NCBI GenBank assembly: GCA_963555825.3
Contig: CAUVXB020000001.1
Coordinates: 704,001-768,000 of the forward strand
Source: Alphaproteobacteria bacterium
GTDB lineage: Bacteria > Pseudomonadota > Alphaproteobacteria > JAAXGF01
Length of the DNA: 64,000 nt
Direction of reading: 5' to 3'
The translations under genes were made by a program, and so were the position numbers. This document shows, one piece after another, positions 1 to 9,385 of this stretch (position 1 is its first letter; each line of letters begins with the position of its first letter). Below the pieces are notes generated by a model. The model saw nothing but the letters and a program-made list of their open reading frames with translations, had not been told where the DNA came from and ran no database searches.

Positions 1-46
1 GCTGTCACCCATCGCGATGCCCGGCCGTTGCCCCGAGACGCGCCGC

Positions 47-514
47 TCAGGCGATCTCGAAGAGCGCGTCGACCTCGACGGCGACGCCGAGCGGCAGCGA
101 GCCGGCGCCCATGGCGAAGCGCGCGTGGCGGCCTTTGTCGCCGAATACCTCGACCATCAGGTCCGAGGCGCCGTTGATCACCTTGGGGTGGTCCGTGAAA
201 TCGGGCGTCGCGTTGACGAAGCCGCCCAGCTTGACGCAACGCACGACGCGGTCGAGGTCGCCGCCGCAGGCCGCCTTGAGCTGCGACAGGATGTTGATCG
301 CGCAGAGCCGCGCGGCCCGCGCGCCTTCCTCGACGTCGATGTCCTGGCCCAGCTTGCCGATATGCTTGAACGCGCCGTCCTCGACGGTCACCTGACCCGA
401 TATGTAGACGTGGTTGCCGCTGACCACGTAGCCGACGTAGTTGGCGACGGGCGCCGCGGCCTCGGGTAGTTCGATGCCGATTTCGGCAAGGCGGTTGTCG
501 ATCGTGCCGGCCAT
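47..514 (-). CDS. RidA/YjgF family protein
   Basis: MAGTIDNRLAEIGIELP..PVANY, SGQ, INGASDL, GRHARFA, LPLGVAVEVD motifs; SD GAGGAG upstream of ATG 514. Confidence 0.9.
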   Translation of the reverse strand: MAGTIDNRLAEIGIELPEAAAPVANYVGYVVSGNHVYISGQVTVEDGAFKHIGKLGQDIDVEEGARAARLCAINILSQLKAACGGDLDRVVRCVKLGGFVNATPDFTDHPKVINGASDLMVEVFGDKGRHARFAMGAGSLPLGVAVEVDALFEIA

Positions 515-641
515 GGTTGGTGTCTCCTCTGTTTGTCGGTTGGGCGTTGGTCTAAAGCCATATGAATAGGCTGTCAAACGCCGGCTGCGCCGCGCGATTC
601 ACTGGTTGACGCGGGTTGCCGATCGGCACAGGTTCTAGGGC

Positions 642-1439
642 ATGTCGAAGACGTTGCCGAATTTGCTCGCCGGGCTCGCGGTCGTGTTGACGACGGTGGC
701 CGGCGGCGCAGCCGCCCACGCCGATCTGGTCTCGCACCGGGCGTTCTACGAGATGTCGCTCCTGTCGGCGCGCTACGGCAGCGACATCGCCGCGCTCAAG
801 GGCAAGATGGTGCTCCAGGTCGTCGATACCTGCGACGGCTGGACGCTCGATCAGCGCATCGCGCTCACGATTTCCGATCCGAAGGGCGGCGAGCTTAATT
901 CGTACATCACCTTCGCGAGCTGGGAATCGAAAGACGGTTCGCGGTTCTCGTTCCGCCAGCAGACGCGCTTCGGCGACCATCTGGTCGAGGAATCGAGCGG
1001 TCGCGCCGAACTCGACGCATCGACCGGCGGCACGGCTTATTACACCAAGCCCGAGGAGATCGAGATCGTCCTGCCGCCGGGCACCGTCTTCCCGACGCGG
1101 CACACCGACCGCGTGATCGAGGGCGCGATGGCCGGCGAATCGCAGGTCGCCGTGATCGTGTTCGACGGCTCGTCGCTCGACAATCCGAGCAATGTGTATG
1201 CCTTCATCGTTCTGCCGCGAGAAATGGCGGAGCTGGCCGAGGGCGAGGGGCCGCGGATGACTTGGCCGATCTACCTCGCCTTCTTCCCGATGACCAAGGC
1301 GTCGGCCGTGCCCGAAGTCGAAATCGGCATGCTGCTGCAGGACGACGGGGTCGCGCGCTCGGTCGACCTCGACTACGGCGACTTCGCGATCCACGGCGAG
1401 CTGCTCGAATTCGAGGTGATCGCACCGAAGGATTGCTGA
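642..1439 (+). CDS. eipB: Cell envelope integrity protein EipB (DUF1849)
   Basis: Signal peptide, LVSHRAFYEMSL, CDGW, SWES, VFPT, FDGS, C-terminal Cys. Confidence 0.75.
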   Translation: MSKTLPNLLAGLAVVLTTVAGGAAAHADLVSHRAFYEMSLLSARYGSDIAALKGKMVLQVVDTCDGWTLDQRIALTISDPKGGELNSYITFASWESKDGSRFSFRQQTRFGDHLVEESSGRAELDASTGGTAYYTKPEEIEIVLPPGTVFPTRHTDRVIEGAMAGESQVAVIVFDGSSLDNPSNVYAFIVLPREMAELAEGEGPRMTWPIYLAFFPMTKASAVPEVEIGMLLQDDGVARSVDLDYGDFAIHGELLEFEVIAPKDC

Positions 1440-1443
1440 GTGG

Positions 1444-2445
1444 ATGGCAAGAGGACGCGCAGACGAAATTCCGGTCGTCGACCTCGGCGCGCTGTTCTCC
1501 GAGCCGGCCGATGACGTCGTCGGTTCGATCGCGCGGGAGGTTCGCGCCGCCTGTCTCGGTACGGGCTTCTTCTACATCGCGAACCATGGCGTCGCTGAGG
1601 CGCTGATCACCGAGGCGTTCGCCGCGAACCGCGCGTTCCACGCCCGGCCGTTGGCCGAGAAGCTCGCGCTCAAGCTCAACCTGTGGCACCGGGGTTACCA
1701 GCCCTTCGCGACCTCGACGCTCAAGTCCTCGGCCCGCTTCGCGCCGGCGACGCGCGCCAACCAGCTCGAGTCATTCTTCATTCGCCACGAGGTCTCGCCG
1801 AGCGATCCCAGGTACCGGGTCAAGGAGCTGATGGGGCCCAATCAATGGCCCGACGATGCCGGCTTCCGCGACGTCGTCGGCCATTACGATGCGGCGCTCA
1901 CGGCGCTCGGGCTGCGGCTCCTGCCGGTCTTCTCGGTCGCCGTCGGCGAGGGCCCCGGCTTCTTCGGCCGCTACTTCGGCCCGCCCTCGACGGCGCTCCG
2001 CCTGATCCACTACCCGATGCCGCCCGAGGATCGGCCCGACGACCTCTTGGGCATCCAGCCGCACACCGACTACGGCTTCTTCACCATCCTCGCCCAGGAC
2101 GACGTCGGCGGGCTCGAGGTGCAGCGGGTCGACGGCAGCTGGATCGAGGCGCCCGATATCCCGGGCACGTTCCTGCTCAACATCGGCGACATCCTGGCGC
2201 GTTGGACCAACGAGGTGTTCAATTCGACGCCGCATCGCGTGGTCGGCAGGCTGGCCGGCCGCGACCGCTATTCGATGGGCATGTTTTTCGATCCGAACAT
2301 CGAGGCTGTCGTGCGCTGCCTCGACGGCTTCGCCGGCGGTGCGACGGCGGCCAAGCACGCGCCGATCCGTTACGGCAATTACTTCCGCCATCGCCTCGAT
2401 AGCAACTATCCCGATCGGGTTGGCGTCAGCGCCGCGATGGGCTGA
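1444..2445 (+). CDS. 2-oxoglutarate/Fe(II) dioxygenase, isopenicillin N synthase family
   Basis: IPVVDL, GFFYIANHGV, HTDYG, STPHRV, RYS motifs. Confidence 0.9.
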   Translation: MARGRADEIPVVDLGALFSEPADDVVGSIAREVRAACLGTGFFYIANHGVAEALITEAFAANRAFHARPLAEKLALKLNLWHRGYQPFATSTLKSSARFAPATRANQLESFFIRHEVSPSDPRYRVKELMGPNQWPDDAGFRDVVGHYDAALTALGLRLLPVFSVAVGEGPGFFGRYFGPPSTALRLIHYPMPPEDRPDDLLGIQPHTDYGFFTILAQDDVGGLEVQRVDGSWIEAPDIPGTFLLNIGDILARWTNEVFNSTPHRVVGRLAGRDRYSMGMFFDPNIEAVVRCLDGFAGGATAAKHAPIRYGNYFRHRLDSNYPDRVGVSAAMG

Positions 2446-2446
2446 C

Positions 2447-3358
2447 ATGGCGTTCGACATCCATCCCGAGCTGTTGGCCATGCTCGCCGAATTCGACGCC
2501 ATCCCCGGCGGGGGGACGATCGAGGAGAAACGCGACGGCTGGCGCCGGTTCTGCTTCGAGACCCGGCGGCCGCGACCCGACGGCATGGCGGTCGAGGACC
2601 GAACCTTCCCCGGACCGGCCGGCGCCGTCCCGATCCGCGTATACCGCCCGGCCGGTGCGCCGGACCCGGCGCCAACGATTCTCTACATCCACGGCGGCGG
2701 CTTCATGACCGGCGATCTCGATACCAACGACACGATCGCCTGGGGCTTGGCCGAGCAGACCGGCTGCGTCGTGGTCAGCACGCACTACCGCCTGGCGCCC
2801 GAGAATCCCTACCCGGCGGCCTTCGACGACTGCTACGCGGCGTTTTGCCATGTCGCCGAATACGCCGCCGGGCCGATCGGCGTCTGCGGCGACAGCGCTG
2901 GCGGCAATCTGACGGCCGCCGTCAACCTCGCGGCGCGCGACCGGGGCGGGCCCCGGGCGGCGGCCCAGGCGATCGTCTATCCGGGTCTGCGCGGCGACGG
3001 CACGCTGCCGTCGTTCACGACCTACGCCGAAGCGCCGATCCAGTCGACCGCGGCGACCCTGATCTACCGCGCGGCCTATATGCCCGACCCGGCGACGCAC
3101 GACGACCCCTATGCCTGTCCACTGAAAGCGGAATTCTACGGCGACCTGCCGCCGGCCCTGGTCCATGTCGCCGAGATCGACGCCGCGCGCGACGAGGGCA
3201 GGGTCTACGCCGAGCGCATGGCGGCCGCCGGTGTCGACGTCACCTACCGCGTCGCGCCGCGCATGATCCACAGCTTCATGCGCGCGCGTTTCAACGGGCC
3301 GGCGGCGCAGGCCGAGTTCAACGTGATCTGCGACTTTCTCGCCCGTCACCTCAGGTGA
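2447..3358 (+). CDS. Alpha/beta hydrolase (HSL-family esterase)
   Basis: HGGG oxyanion motif, YRLAPE, GDSAGG nucleophile elbow, HSF. Confidence 0.9.
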   Translation: MAFDIHPELLAMLAEFDAIPGGGTIEEKRDGWRRFCFETRRPRPDGMAVEDRTFPGPAGAVPIRVYRPAGAPDPAPTILYIHGGGFMTGDLDTNDTIAWGLAEQTGCVVVSTHYRLAPENPYPAAFDDCYAAFCHVAEYAAGPIGVCGDSAGGNLTAAVNLAARDRGGPRAAAQAIVYPGLRGDGTLPSFTTYAEAPIQSTAATLIYRAAYMPDPATHDDPYACPLKAEFYGDLPPALVHVAEIDAARDEGRVYAERMAAAGVDVTYRVAPRMIHSFMRARFNGPAAQAEFNVICDFLARHLR

Positions 3359-3368
3359 CCGGCGAGAC

Positions 3369-4625
3369 CTAAGCGAGCAGGGAGTCCTCGAAGGGATAGC
3401 TGGTCAGGACTTCGATGCCGTCTTCCTTGACCAGGACCTGCTCTTCGAGTTTGACACCCTCGCGACCGCCGACGAAGCCGACGTAGCTCTCGACGCACAT
3501 CACCGTGTCGGCTTGGATCGCGCCGTCGTAGCCCTTGTCGTCCCAGTTGTCGGGAAAGACGATGCGCGGCGCCTCGTCGCACAGCCCGACGCCGTGCATC
3601 ACGGCCGAGTAGCTCTGGCAGTTCGCCGGTTTCCGGTAGGCGTTGTCGCTGATCTCGCGGAACGACGCGCCGGCCTTCAGAAGGCCGAGGTTGTGTTGGA
3701 TCTCTTCGTAAGACCGCTTGTAGAGATCGCGCTGGGTGTCGGTCGGCTTGCTCGGCCCGCAATGAAAGGTGCGCGAGATGTCGGCGCAGTAGCCGAACGG
3801 CCCGATCATGTCGGTGTCGAAGCCGACCAGATCGCCGTCCTCGATCCGCCGGTCGCTGGCCTCCTGCAGCCAGGGATTGGTGCGCGGGCCCGAGGTCAGC
3901 AGACGCGTGTCGTGCCAGTCGCCATCATTGGCCAGATTGGCGTAGTTCAAGAGGCCCCAGAGTTGGTTCTCGCGCAGCCCCGGCCGCAGCGCCTGCTTCA
4001 TCTTGGCCATGCCGTGCTCGGCGACGGCGATCGACCATTTTATGCATTCGATTTCTTCCGATGACTTGATCATCCGGGCGTCTTCCATGAGGACCTGCGC
4101 GTCGAGCACGTCGAGGCCCTCCTGGAGCAGCGCCTGGGTCGCCGCCGGGCTGACGTATTCGATTGCGATGCGCTGGTTGTCGGCGCCGATTTCGGTCATC
4201 AAGCCCTTCAGGTCGCGGCCGAAAAGCCGTGCCTGGTCGTCGAGGTTCGGGCCGCCGATGAAGGCGCTCATGTTGCGGCCTGGACGCGGCTCGTCGACGA
4301 CGCTCGCGCCGGTCGTCTCGGTCGGCACGTAGCCGCCATAGACGACGACGGGGCCCTCGACGGGAACCGCCAGATACATGAATTGGACGTGCGATTGGAA
4401 GGTCGGGAACTGGCGGATGTCGGCGGCGTAGCGCAGACTGATCGGGTTCAACAAGACGCAGAGCGGGATATCCCGGCGCGCCAGCTCGGCGCGGATGCGG
4501 TCCAGGCGGTAGCGCGCCATCGCGCCGAAATCGATCTCCGGCATCGGCCGGATGTCGGCGAGCCGGCTCCAATCGTCGTTCAGGAGGAGGTCGTTGGCGG
4601 TCATGTGATCAGCGTTCACTTTCAT
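3369..4625 (-). CDS. M24 family metalloprotein, DddP (DMSP lyase)-like
   Basis: TRLLTSGPRTNPWLQE, FDTDMIG, DISRT, MHGVGLCDE, CVE, KLEEQV, YPFE. Confidence 0.75.
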   Translation of the reverse strand: MKVNADHMTANDLLLNDDWSRLADIRPMPEIDFGAMARYRLDRIRAELARRDIPLCVLLNPISLRYAADIRQFPTFQSHVQFMYLAVPVEGPVVVYGGYVPTETTGASVVDEPRPGRNMSAFIGGPNLDDQARLFGRDLKGLMTEIGADNQRIAIEYVSPAATQALLQEGLDVLDAQVLMEDARMIKSSEEIECIKWSIAVAEHGMAKMKQALRPGLRENQLWGLLNYANLANDGDWHDTRLLTSGPRTNPWLQEASDRRIEDGDLVGFDTDMIGPFGYCADISRTFHCGPSKPTDTQRDLYKRSYEEIQHNLGLLKAGASFREISDNAYRKPANCQSYSAVMHGVGLCDEAPRIVFPDNWDDKGYDGAIQADTVMCVESYVGFVGGREGVKLEEQVLVKEDGIEVLTSYPFEDSLLA

Positions 4626-4637
4626 GCATTGAATGTT

Positions 4638-5537
4638 TCACGACATCGGCCACAGCCAGGCGGCGCCACGGACCCCGCTGGCGTCGCCGTGACGGGCAGG
4701 CAACAGTCGCGTATCGACCCGGTCCGAGAAGACGAAGCGATGCCACATCTGTGGCACGTTCTCGTATAGCGCGGCGAGGTTCGACAGGCCGCCGCCGAGC
4801 ACGACGACGTCGGGATCGACGATATTGATGACGCCGGCGAGCGCGCGGGCGAGGCGCTCCTCGTAGCGGCCCAGAGCGGCCGTCGCAAGGTCTTCGCCGC
4901 CGGCCGCGCGGCGGGCGATCTCGTCCGGGCCGAGCCGCTCGCCACGATGGCTGGCGTCGTCGCGCGCCAGGCCAGGGCCTGACAGGAAGGTCTCGACGCA
5001 GCCGTGGCGGCCGCAATAGCAGGCCGGGCCGGGCCGCTCGCCGTCGTTCGGCCAGGGCAGGGGGTTGTGGCCCCATTCGCCGGCGATCGCGTTGGACCCC
5101 TCCAGCACCCGGCCGTCGATCACGATGCCGCCACCGACGCCGGTGCCCAGGATGACGCCGAAGACGACCGCGCAACCGGCCGCGGCGCCGTCGACGGCCT
5201 CCGACAGCGCGAAGCAGTTGGCGTCGTTGGCGAGACGAATGGGTCGATTCAGGGCGGCGGCGAGGTCCTGGCGCAGAGGACGGCCGATGAGCCACACCGA
5301 GTTGGCGTTCTTGATCAACCCGGTGGCGCGCTGCTCGGCGCCCGGGATGCCGACGCCGACGCTGCCCGAGCGGCCGGTCTCGTTCTCGATGTTCGCGACC
5401 AGCCCGGCGACCGCCGAGACAGTCGCGTGGTAATCGTCCCGGGGCGTCGCGACGCGGTGGCGCGCCAACACCTCTCCGCCGTCACCGAGACCAACCGCCT
5501 CGATCTTGGTGCCGCCGAGGTCGATGCCGATGCGCAT
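4638..5537 (-). CDS. ROK family sugar kinase (fructokinase Mak-like)
   Basis: GIDLGGTK, NDANC, GTGVGGG, GEWGH, CYCGRHGCVE. Confidence 0.9.
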   Translation of the reverse strand: MRIGIDLGGTKIEAVGLGDGGEVLARHRVATPRDDYHATVSAVAGLVANIENETGRSGSVGVGIPGAEQRATGLIKNANSVWLIGRPLRQDLAAALNRPIRLANDANCFALSEAVDGAAAGCAVVFGVILGTGVGGGIVIDGRVLEGSNAIAGEWGHNPLPWPNDGERPGPACYCGRHGCVETFLSGPGLARDDASHRGERLGPDEIARRAAGGEDLATAALGRYEERLARALAGVINIVDPDVVVLGGGLSNLAALYENVPQMWHRFVFSDRVDTRLLPARHGDASGVRGAAWLWPMS

Positions 5538-5539
5538 GG

Positions 5540-6217
5540 TCAATAACCCCGTGCCGTTAGGTCGGCCTCGATCAGCGTTCGCGCCGTCGCCCAGTCGTCG
5601 GCCCGGTGATGGCTCGCCGGTGCCGGGCCGATCAATTCCGCGAGCCGCCGGTTGGCGACGAAGTGCAGGCGCCAGACATGGCCCGCGTCACGCGCCACCG
5701 ATTCGTGGTGCCGTGGGCTGTCGTCGATGAAATAGCCCGGCGCCGCCGCGCGCGCCGCGAGTTCGCGGACCGCCGGCCCCTTGACGCCGATGTTGGCGAC
5801 CAATGGCACGTCCATGCCGTGGCGCTTCAGCCAGTCCTGGCGCCGCGCGCGTTCGGCCGGTGGCACGTTCGACAGCACGACTACCTGGGCGCGCCGCGAC
5901 AGAGTACCGATCGCCGCGGCGGCGCCCTCGACCGGCGCGAGCTGGTCGACACAGTCGGTGAAGAAATCACCCACCAACACGCCGACGGCGGCGTTCTCGA
6001 TGGCTGTGTCGTCCGACCGGCGCAGGATGTGGCCGTTGAGCTTGTACTCGCGCCAGGTGAAGTAGAGGCCCCGATGCGCCAGATAGGCCTCGAAGCCGGT
6101 CATGAAGTCGGCAATCACCTCGTCGGCATCGCAGATGATCACCGGGCGCTCGCGCTGGATCGCCAGTTCGTCGATTTGGCGTGCGACGTCGGCGTGGAGG
6201 TCGGTGTCGTCGGACAC
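5540..6217 (-). CDS. HAD-like hypothetical protein
   Basis: CDADEV and FIDD motifs; GTG start with SD AGGAGA. Confidence 0.65.
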   Translation of the reverse strand: MSDDTDLHADVARQIDELAIQRERPVIICDADEVIADFMTGFEAYLAHRGLYFTWREYKLNGHILRRSDDTAIENAAVGVLVGDFFTDCVDQLAPVEGAAAAIGTLSRRAQVVVLSNVPPAERARRQDWLKRHGMDVPLVANIGVKGPAVRELAARAAAPGYFIDDSPRHHESVARDAGHVWRLHFVANRRLAELIGPAPASHHRADDWATARTLIEADLTARGY

Positions 6218-6261
6218 CCGGCGGTCTCCTCTATCAGTCGGTCGCAACCCATCGCTATGGT

Positions 6262-6291
6262 CAAAAACAAACGCCGCCTGAGGGGCGGCGT
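6262..6291 (-). terminator. Rho-independent terminator after rpmG
   Basis: Stem ACGCCGCC/GGCGGCGT followed by TTGTTTTT on the minus strand. Confidence 0.7.
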
Positions 6292-6314
6292 CGTCGCAGC
6301 GGGCTTCGGTACGG

Positions 6315-6482
6315 CTAGCGGAGCTTGGTCTCCTTGAACACGACGTGCTTGCGCACGACCGGGTCGTATTTGCGAAACGACAGCTTCTCGGTCGTGTTCC
6401 GCGGGTTCTTTTTGGTCACGTAATAGAAACCCGTGTCCGCGGTGCTTTCCAACTTGATCAAAATCGTGTTCGACTTGGCCAT
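6315..6482 (-). CDS. rpmG: 50S ribosomal protein L33 (not in ORF track)
   Basis: Hand translation [55 protein letters not shown]. Confidence 0.97.
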   Translation of the reverse strand: MAKSNTILIKLESTADTGFYYVTKKNPRNTTEKLSFRKYDPVVRKHVVFKETKLR

Positions 6483-6530
6483 GGTTCGCTGTTTCGTCTC
6501 GAGTGGTCGGGCGCTGTGATTGGCGCGCGC

Positions 6531-6558
6531 ACCATAGCCGCTTTGGCCTGTCTGTCAA
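6531..6558 (-). promoter_or_regulatory. Sigma70-type promoter of rpmG
   Basis: TTGACA-N16-TATGGT on the minus strand about 50 bp upstream of the ATG. Confidence 0.6.
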
Positions 6559-7727
6559 GGTCGGCGGCGGCGGCGTTTCTTGACGTATTCCCAGATCGGG
6601 ATGGGCAGATAGAGCGCAAACGCGACGCCGATGACGATCGGCAGGCCGTGCGGTTCCAGCAGTTCCATGGTGGCGCCGCCGATCGGCGGGCCGGCGACGC
6701 TGCCGGCGCCCCACATGACACCGAAGACGACGCTCGCCGAGGCCAGGTCGGCGCCGCGAAAGCGTTCGCCGAGCAGCACCAGTGCGAGGGTATAAAGCGA
6801 GGCGAACATGCCGCCGAAGGCGAACATGAAGACCATGTTCCAGGTCTCGACGGCGATAACGAACGGCATTGCCGCCGCGCCGGCGATGACGGTCGACACC
6901 GTGACGACGACCAGCAGGTGGCGGTCCACGCGATCGGCCAACCAACCCATCGGTAGCTGAAAGACCAAGCCGCCGACGCCGGCGATAGTGAGCAGTGTCA
7001 ACGACGACGCCTCGCCGAGTCCGAGGTCGATCGTGTAGATCGGCAGGAAAGTCAGGAACGCCATGTCGGTCGCCGCATAAACGCCATTGAGCAGCAGGGC
7101 GGCGGGGGCGATCAGGAGGAAGGCCGGCAGGCCAATCGAGGGCCTGCCGCTGACGTCGGGAACGACATCGGCGGCGAACAGGAGCGGCGCGCCCGAGATG
7201 GCGATCAACGCTGCCGCTGCGAGGAACGGCGGCCATCCTTCGGTGCCGGTCAGCACCAGGACAAAGGGGCCGATCGCCATGCCGGCGGACAACGCCGCGG
7301 TATAACAGGCGACGACACGGCCGCGCGCGCTGTCGTCGACCATCTGGTTGACCCAGGCCTCGCCACCGATCCACAAAAGGCTGCCGCTGACGCCGAGCAA
7401 AAAGCGAAGCGGGAACCAGGCATAGACGTTCGGGAACACCGGCAGCAGTAGAAAAACAGCGATCGTCATCAGCATCGAGCCGATCATCAGCCGCGCAAGG
7501 CCGAACCGGGCAATCCAGCGCGGCATGAATGGCGCGATTGTGAAGACGGCGACAGCCTGGGTCGCGGAGCTGAGGCCGATCAGGCTCCTTTCGACACCCT
7601 GCGCCTCGAGCACGAGGGCAAGCAACGGCATGGTCAGCCCATGGATCAGGCTGAGCACGGTAAGCGACGCGGTGACGGCGATCAGGCTGCGCCGCTGCTC
7701 GCCGGACGTCGGCGTGGCCTTACTCAA
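6555..7727 (-). CDS. MFS transporter
   Basis: About 12 hydrophobic segments; GWLADRVDR motif A. Confidence 0.88.
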   Translation of the reverse strand: MSKATPTSGEQRRSLIAVTASLTVLSLIHGLTMPLLALVLEAQGVERSLIGLSSATQAVAVFTIAPFMPRWIARFGLARLMIGSMLMTIAVFLLLPVFPNVYAWFPLRFLLGVSGSLLWIGGEAWVNQMVDDSARGRVVACYTAALSAGMAIGPFVLVLTGTEGWPPFLAAAALIAISGAPLLFAADVVPDVSGRPSIGLPAFLLIAPAALLLNGVYAATDMAFLTFLPIYTIDLGLGEASSLTLLTIAGVGGLVFQLPMGWLADRVDRHLLVVVTVSTVIAGAAAMPFVIAVETWNMVFMFAFGGMFASLYTLALVLLGERFRGADLASASVVFGVMWGAGSVAGPPIGGATMELLEPHGLPIVIGVAFALYLPIPIWEYVKKRRRRRP

Positions 7728-8427
7728 GGATCACGCGGCCGACTCTGTTGACGTAGCACAGCAGCGGCACCGGGAGTGCCGCACGTTGACCCGACGAAAG
7801 TGCCAGTCGGTCGCGCACCGCGCCCAGCACGAATTCGGTAACGTCGACGACGTTCAGTTTCTTCCAGCCACCGTCGAGCGACACCCAGCGCAGATCGAGA
7901 AGCTCGCCGCCTTGGCGCAGCTCACCCATCGCATGGCGGGCGTCGACCATGAAAAAGCGCGTGTTGAAGCGGCGTGGCATGAGGGTCGGCGTGATCGCAC
8001 GCGCAACGTATTCGAGACGCGCAAACGCCGGCGCCGCGCCGGCTTGTGCGAACGCGCGCCAGATCAGCGATGTCGCGTCGCGCGGGGCGTCGCGCGGGGC
8101 GTCGTGCCGGGCGACCGGATCACCGAGCAGGAAACCGGTTTCCTCATGGGTCTCGCGGATCGCCGCCATGGCGAGCGCCGGCGCGGGCGACGCGCCGCAT
8201 CTGCGGGTCAGCCGCTGCGCGACGTCGGGGCGGAGTTCGATCCCGCTGGGCACGTCGTAATCCGCAGGATCGACGCGGCCGCCAGGAAAAACATAGATAT
8301 TGGGAAGAAAGGCAGCGCGCGGGCGCCGGCGTCCCATCAACACTTCGGCCTTGGCGCCGCGGCCGCGCACAAGCACCACGCTGGCGCCATCGACGGGACG
8401 AACCGGGCGGCTGATGGACGGGGTCAC
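7720..8427 (-). CDS. NUDIX hydrolase
   Basis: VFPGGRVD, AAIRETHEETG, RRFNTRFF; GTG start with SD. Confidence 0.85.
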   Translation of the reverse strand: MTPSISRPVRPVDGASVVLVRGRGAKAEVLMGRRRPRAAFLPNIYVFPGGRVDPADYDVPSGIELRPDVAQRLTRRCGASPAPALAMAAIRETHEETGFLLGDPVARHDAPRDAPRDATSLIWRAFAQAGAAPAFARLEYVARAITPTLMPRRFNTRFFMVDARHAMGELRQGGELLDLRWVSLDGGWKKLNVVDVTEFVLGAVRDRLALSSGQRAALPVPLLCYVNRVGRVILE

Positions 8428-8513
8428 GGGCGCTTCCTCTCCACGGGTTTCTGTCGCGGCCGTGTAGACTGCGTTCGGCGATGCCTGCTGTCCAGCGGGG
8501 CGTCGCATCGTTC

Positions 8514-8541
8514 AAAAAAAGGCGGCGCCGAAGCGCCGCCT
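8514..8541 (-). terminator. Rho-independent terminator after mucR
   Basis: AGGCGGCGC-TTCG-GCGCCGCCT followed by a T run on the minus strand. Confidence 0.85.
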
Positions 8542-8564
8542 GTGCGTCTCCCGATGACGCGGTA

Positions 8565-9017
8565 TTATTTCTTCTTCCGCGGCCTGCCGCGTTTCGGCTT
8601 GGCGCGCTTGCGGCCGAGACCGATCTTCTTAGCGAAAGCGGACCGCTGCGCCGCGTAACTGGGCGCGACCATCGGATAGTCGGCTGGCAGGCCCCACTTG
8701 GCGCGGTATTCCTCGGGCGTCAGACCATAGGTTGTGCGCAAGTGCCGCTTGAGCATCTTGAGCTTCTTGCCGTCCTCGAGGCAGATGATGAAATCGGGGG
8801 TGATCGACTTGCGAATCGTTACCGCTGGCTTCTGTGGCGTCTGTGTTACCGCGGCTTCGCCGCTCTTCTGTGCGTTCAATGTCGTGTACACTGAACGAAT
8901 GACTTCCGGAATCTCTGATCCGGACAAATCATTGTGGCTGACATAAGCAGAAACAATCTGCGTCGTCATGCTCAATATTTCGTCGTGGGAGGGATTCGCT
9001 GCAGTATCGCGTTCCAT
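8565..9017 (-). CDS. mucR: Ros/MucR family transcriptional regulator
   Basis: IVSAYVSHN, ICLEDGKKLKMLKRHL, YRAKWGLPADYPMVAP. Confidence 0.93.
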   Translation of the reverse strand: MERDTAANPSHDEILSMTTQIVSAYVSHNDLSGSEIPEVIRSVYTTLNAQKSGEAAVTQTPQKPAVTIRKSITPDFIICLEDGKKLKMLKRHLRTTYGLTPEEYRAKWGLPADYPMVAPSYAAQRSAFAKKIGLGRKRAKPKRGRPRKKK

Positions 9018-9385
9018 GTTAGCGGGTCCTATAGTTGCAATCATCTTGCGTTTAGTTGTCATGCCCCGGCTGATCTGTCAACGAAAAACATCGCCCAGTA
9101 TTTGACAATCCTGGGCGACGTGCACGGCATATTTTTGACTCGAAAGAGAAACCAGTCGAGGAAGCATGTTTCACTATCTGCCGATAGGTATCATGAGTGC
9201 GATGATGAAACGATACTCCGGTGTTGTGTTTGGCTGGCGTGCTACCGCAACATATGCTACGAGGGTCGCCTCGCACTCACTCTAATGAGATGCGCCGGGC
9301 GGGAATAGGTATCGCTAGCCTGTAGTATGAAAGACTAGATCGGCGTTGCGTGTTCCGCCGCCGACAGGGACGAAAGGCCACGCCA

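Noticed and set aside
9060-9385. AT-rich mucR-glyA spacer as a possible ZTP or glycine riboswitch
   Set aside because: Conserved riboswitch motifs not found; consistent with divergent promoters
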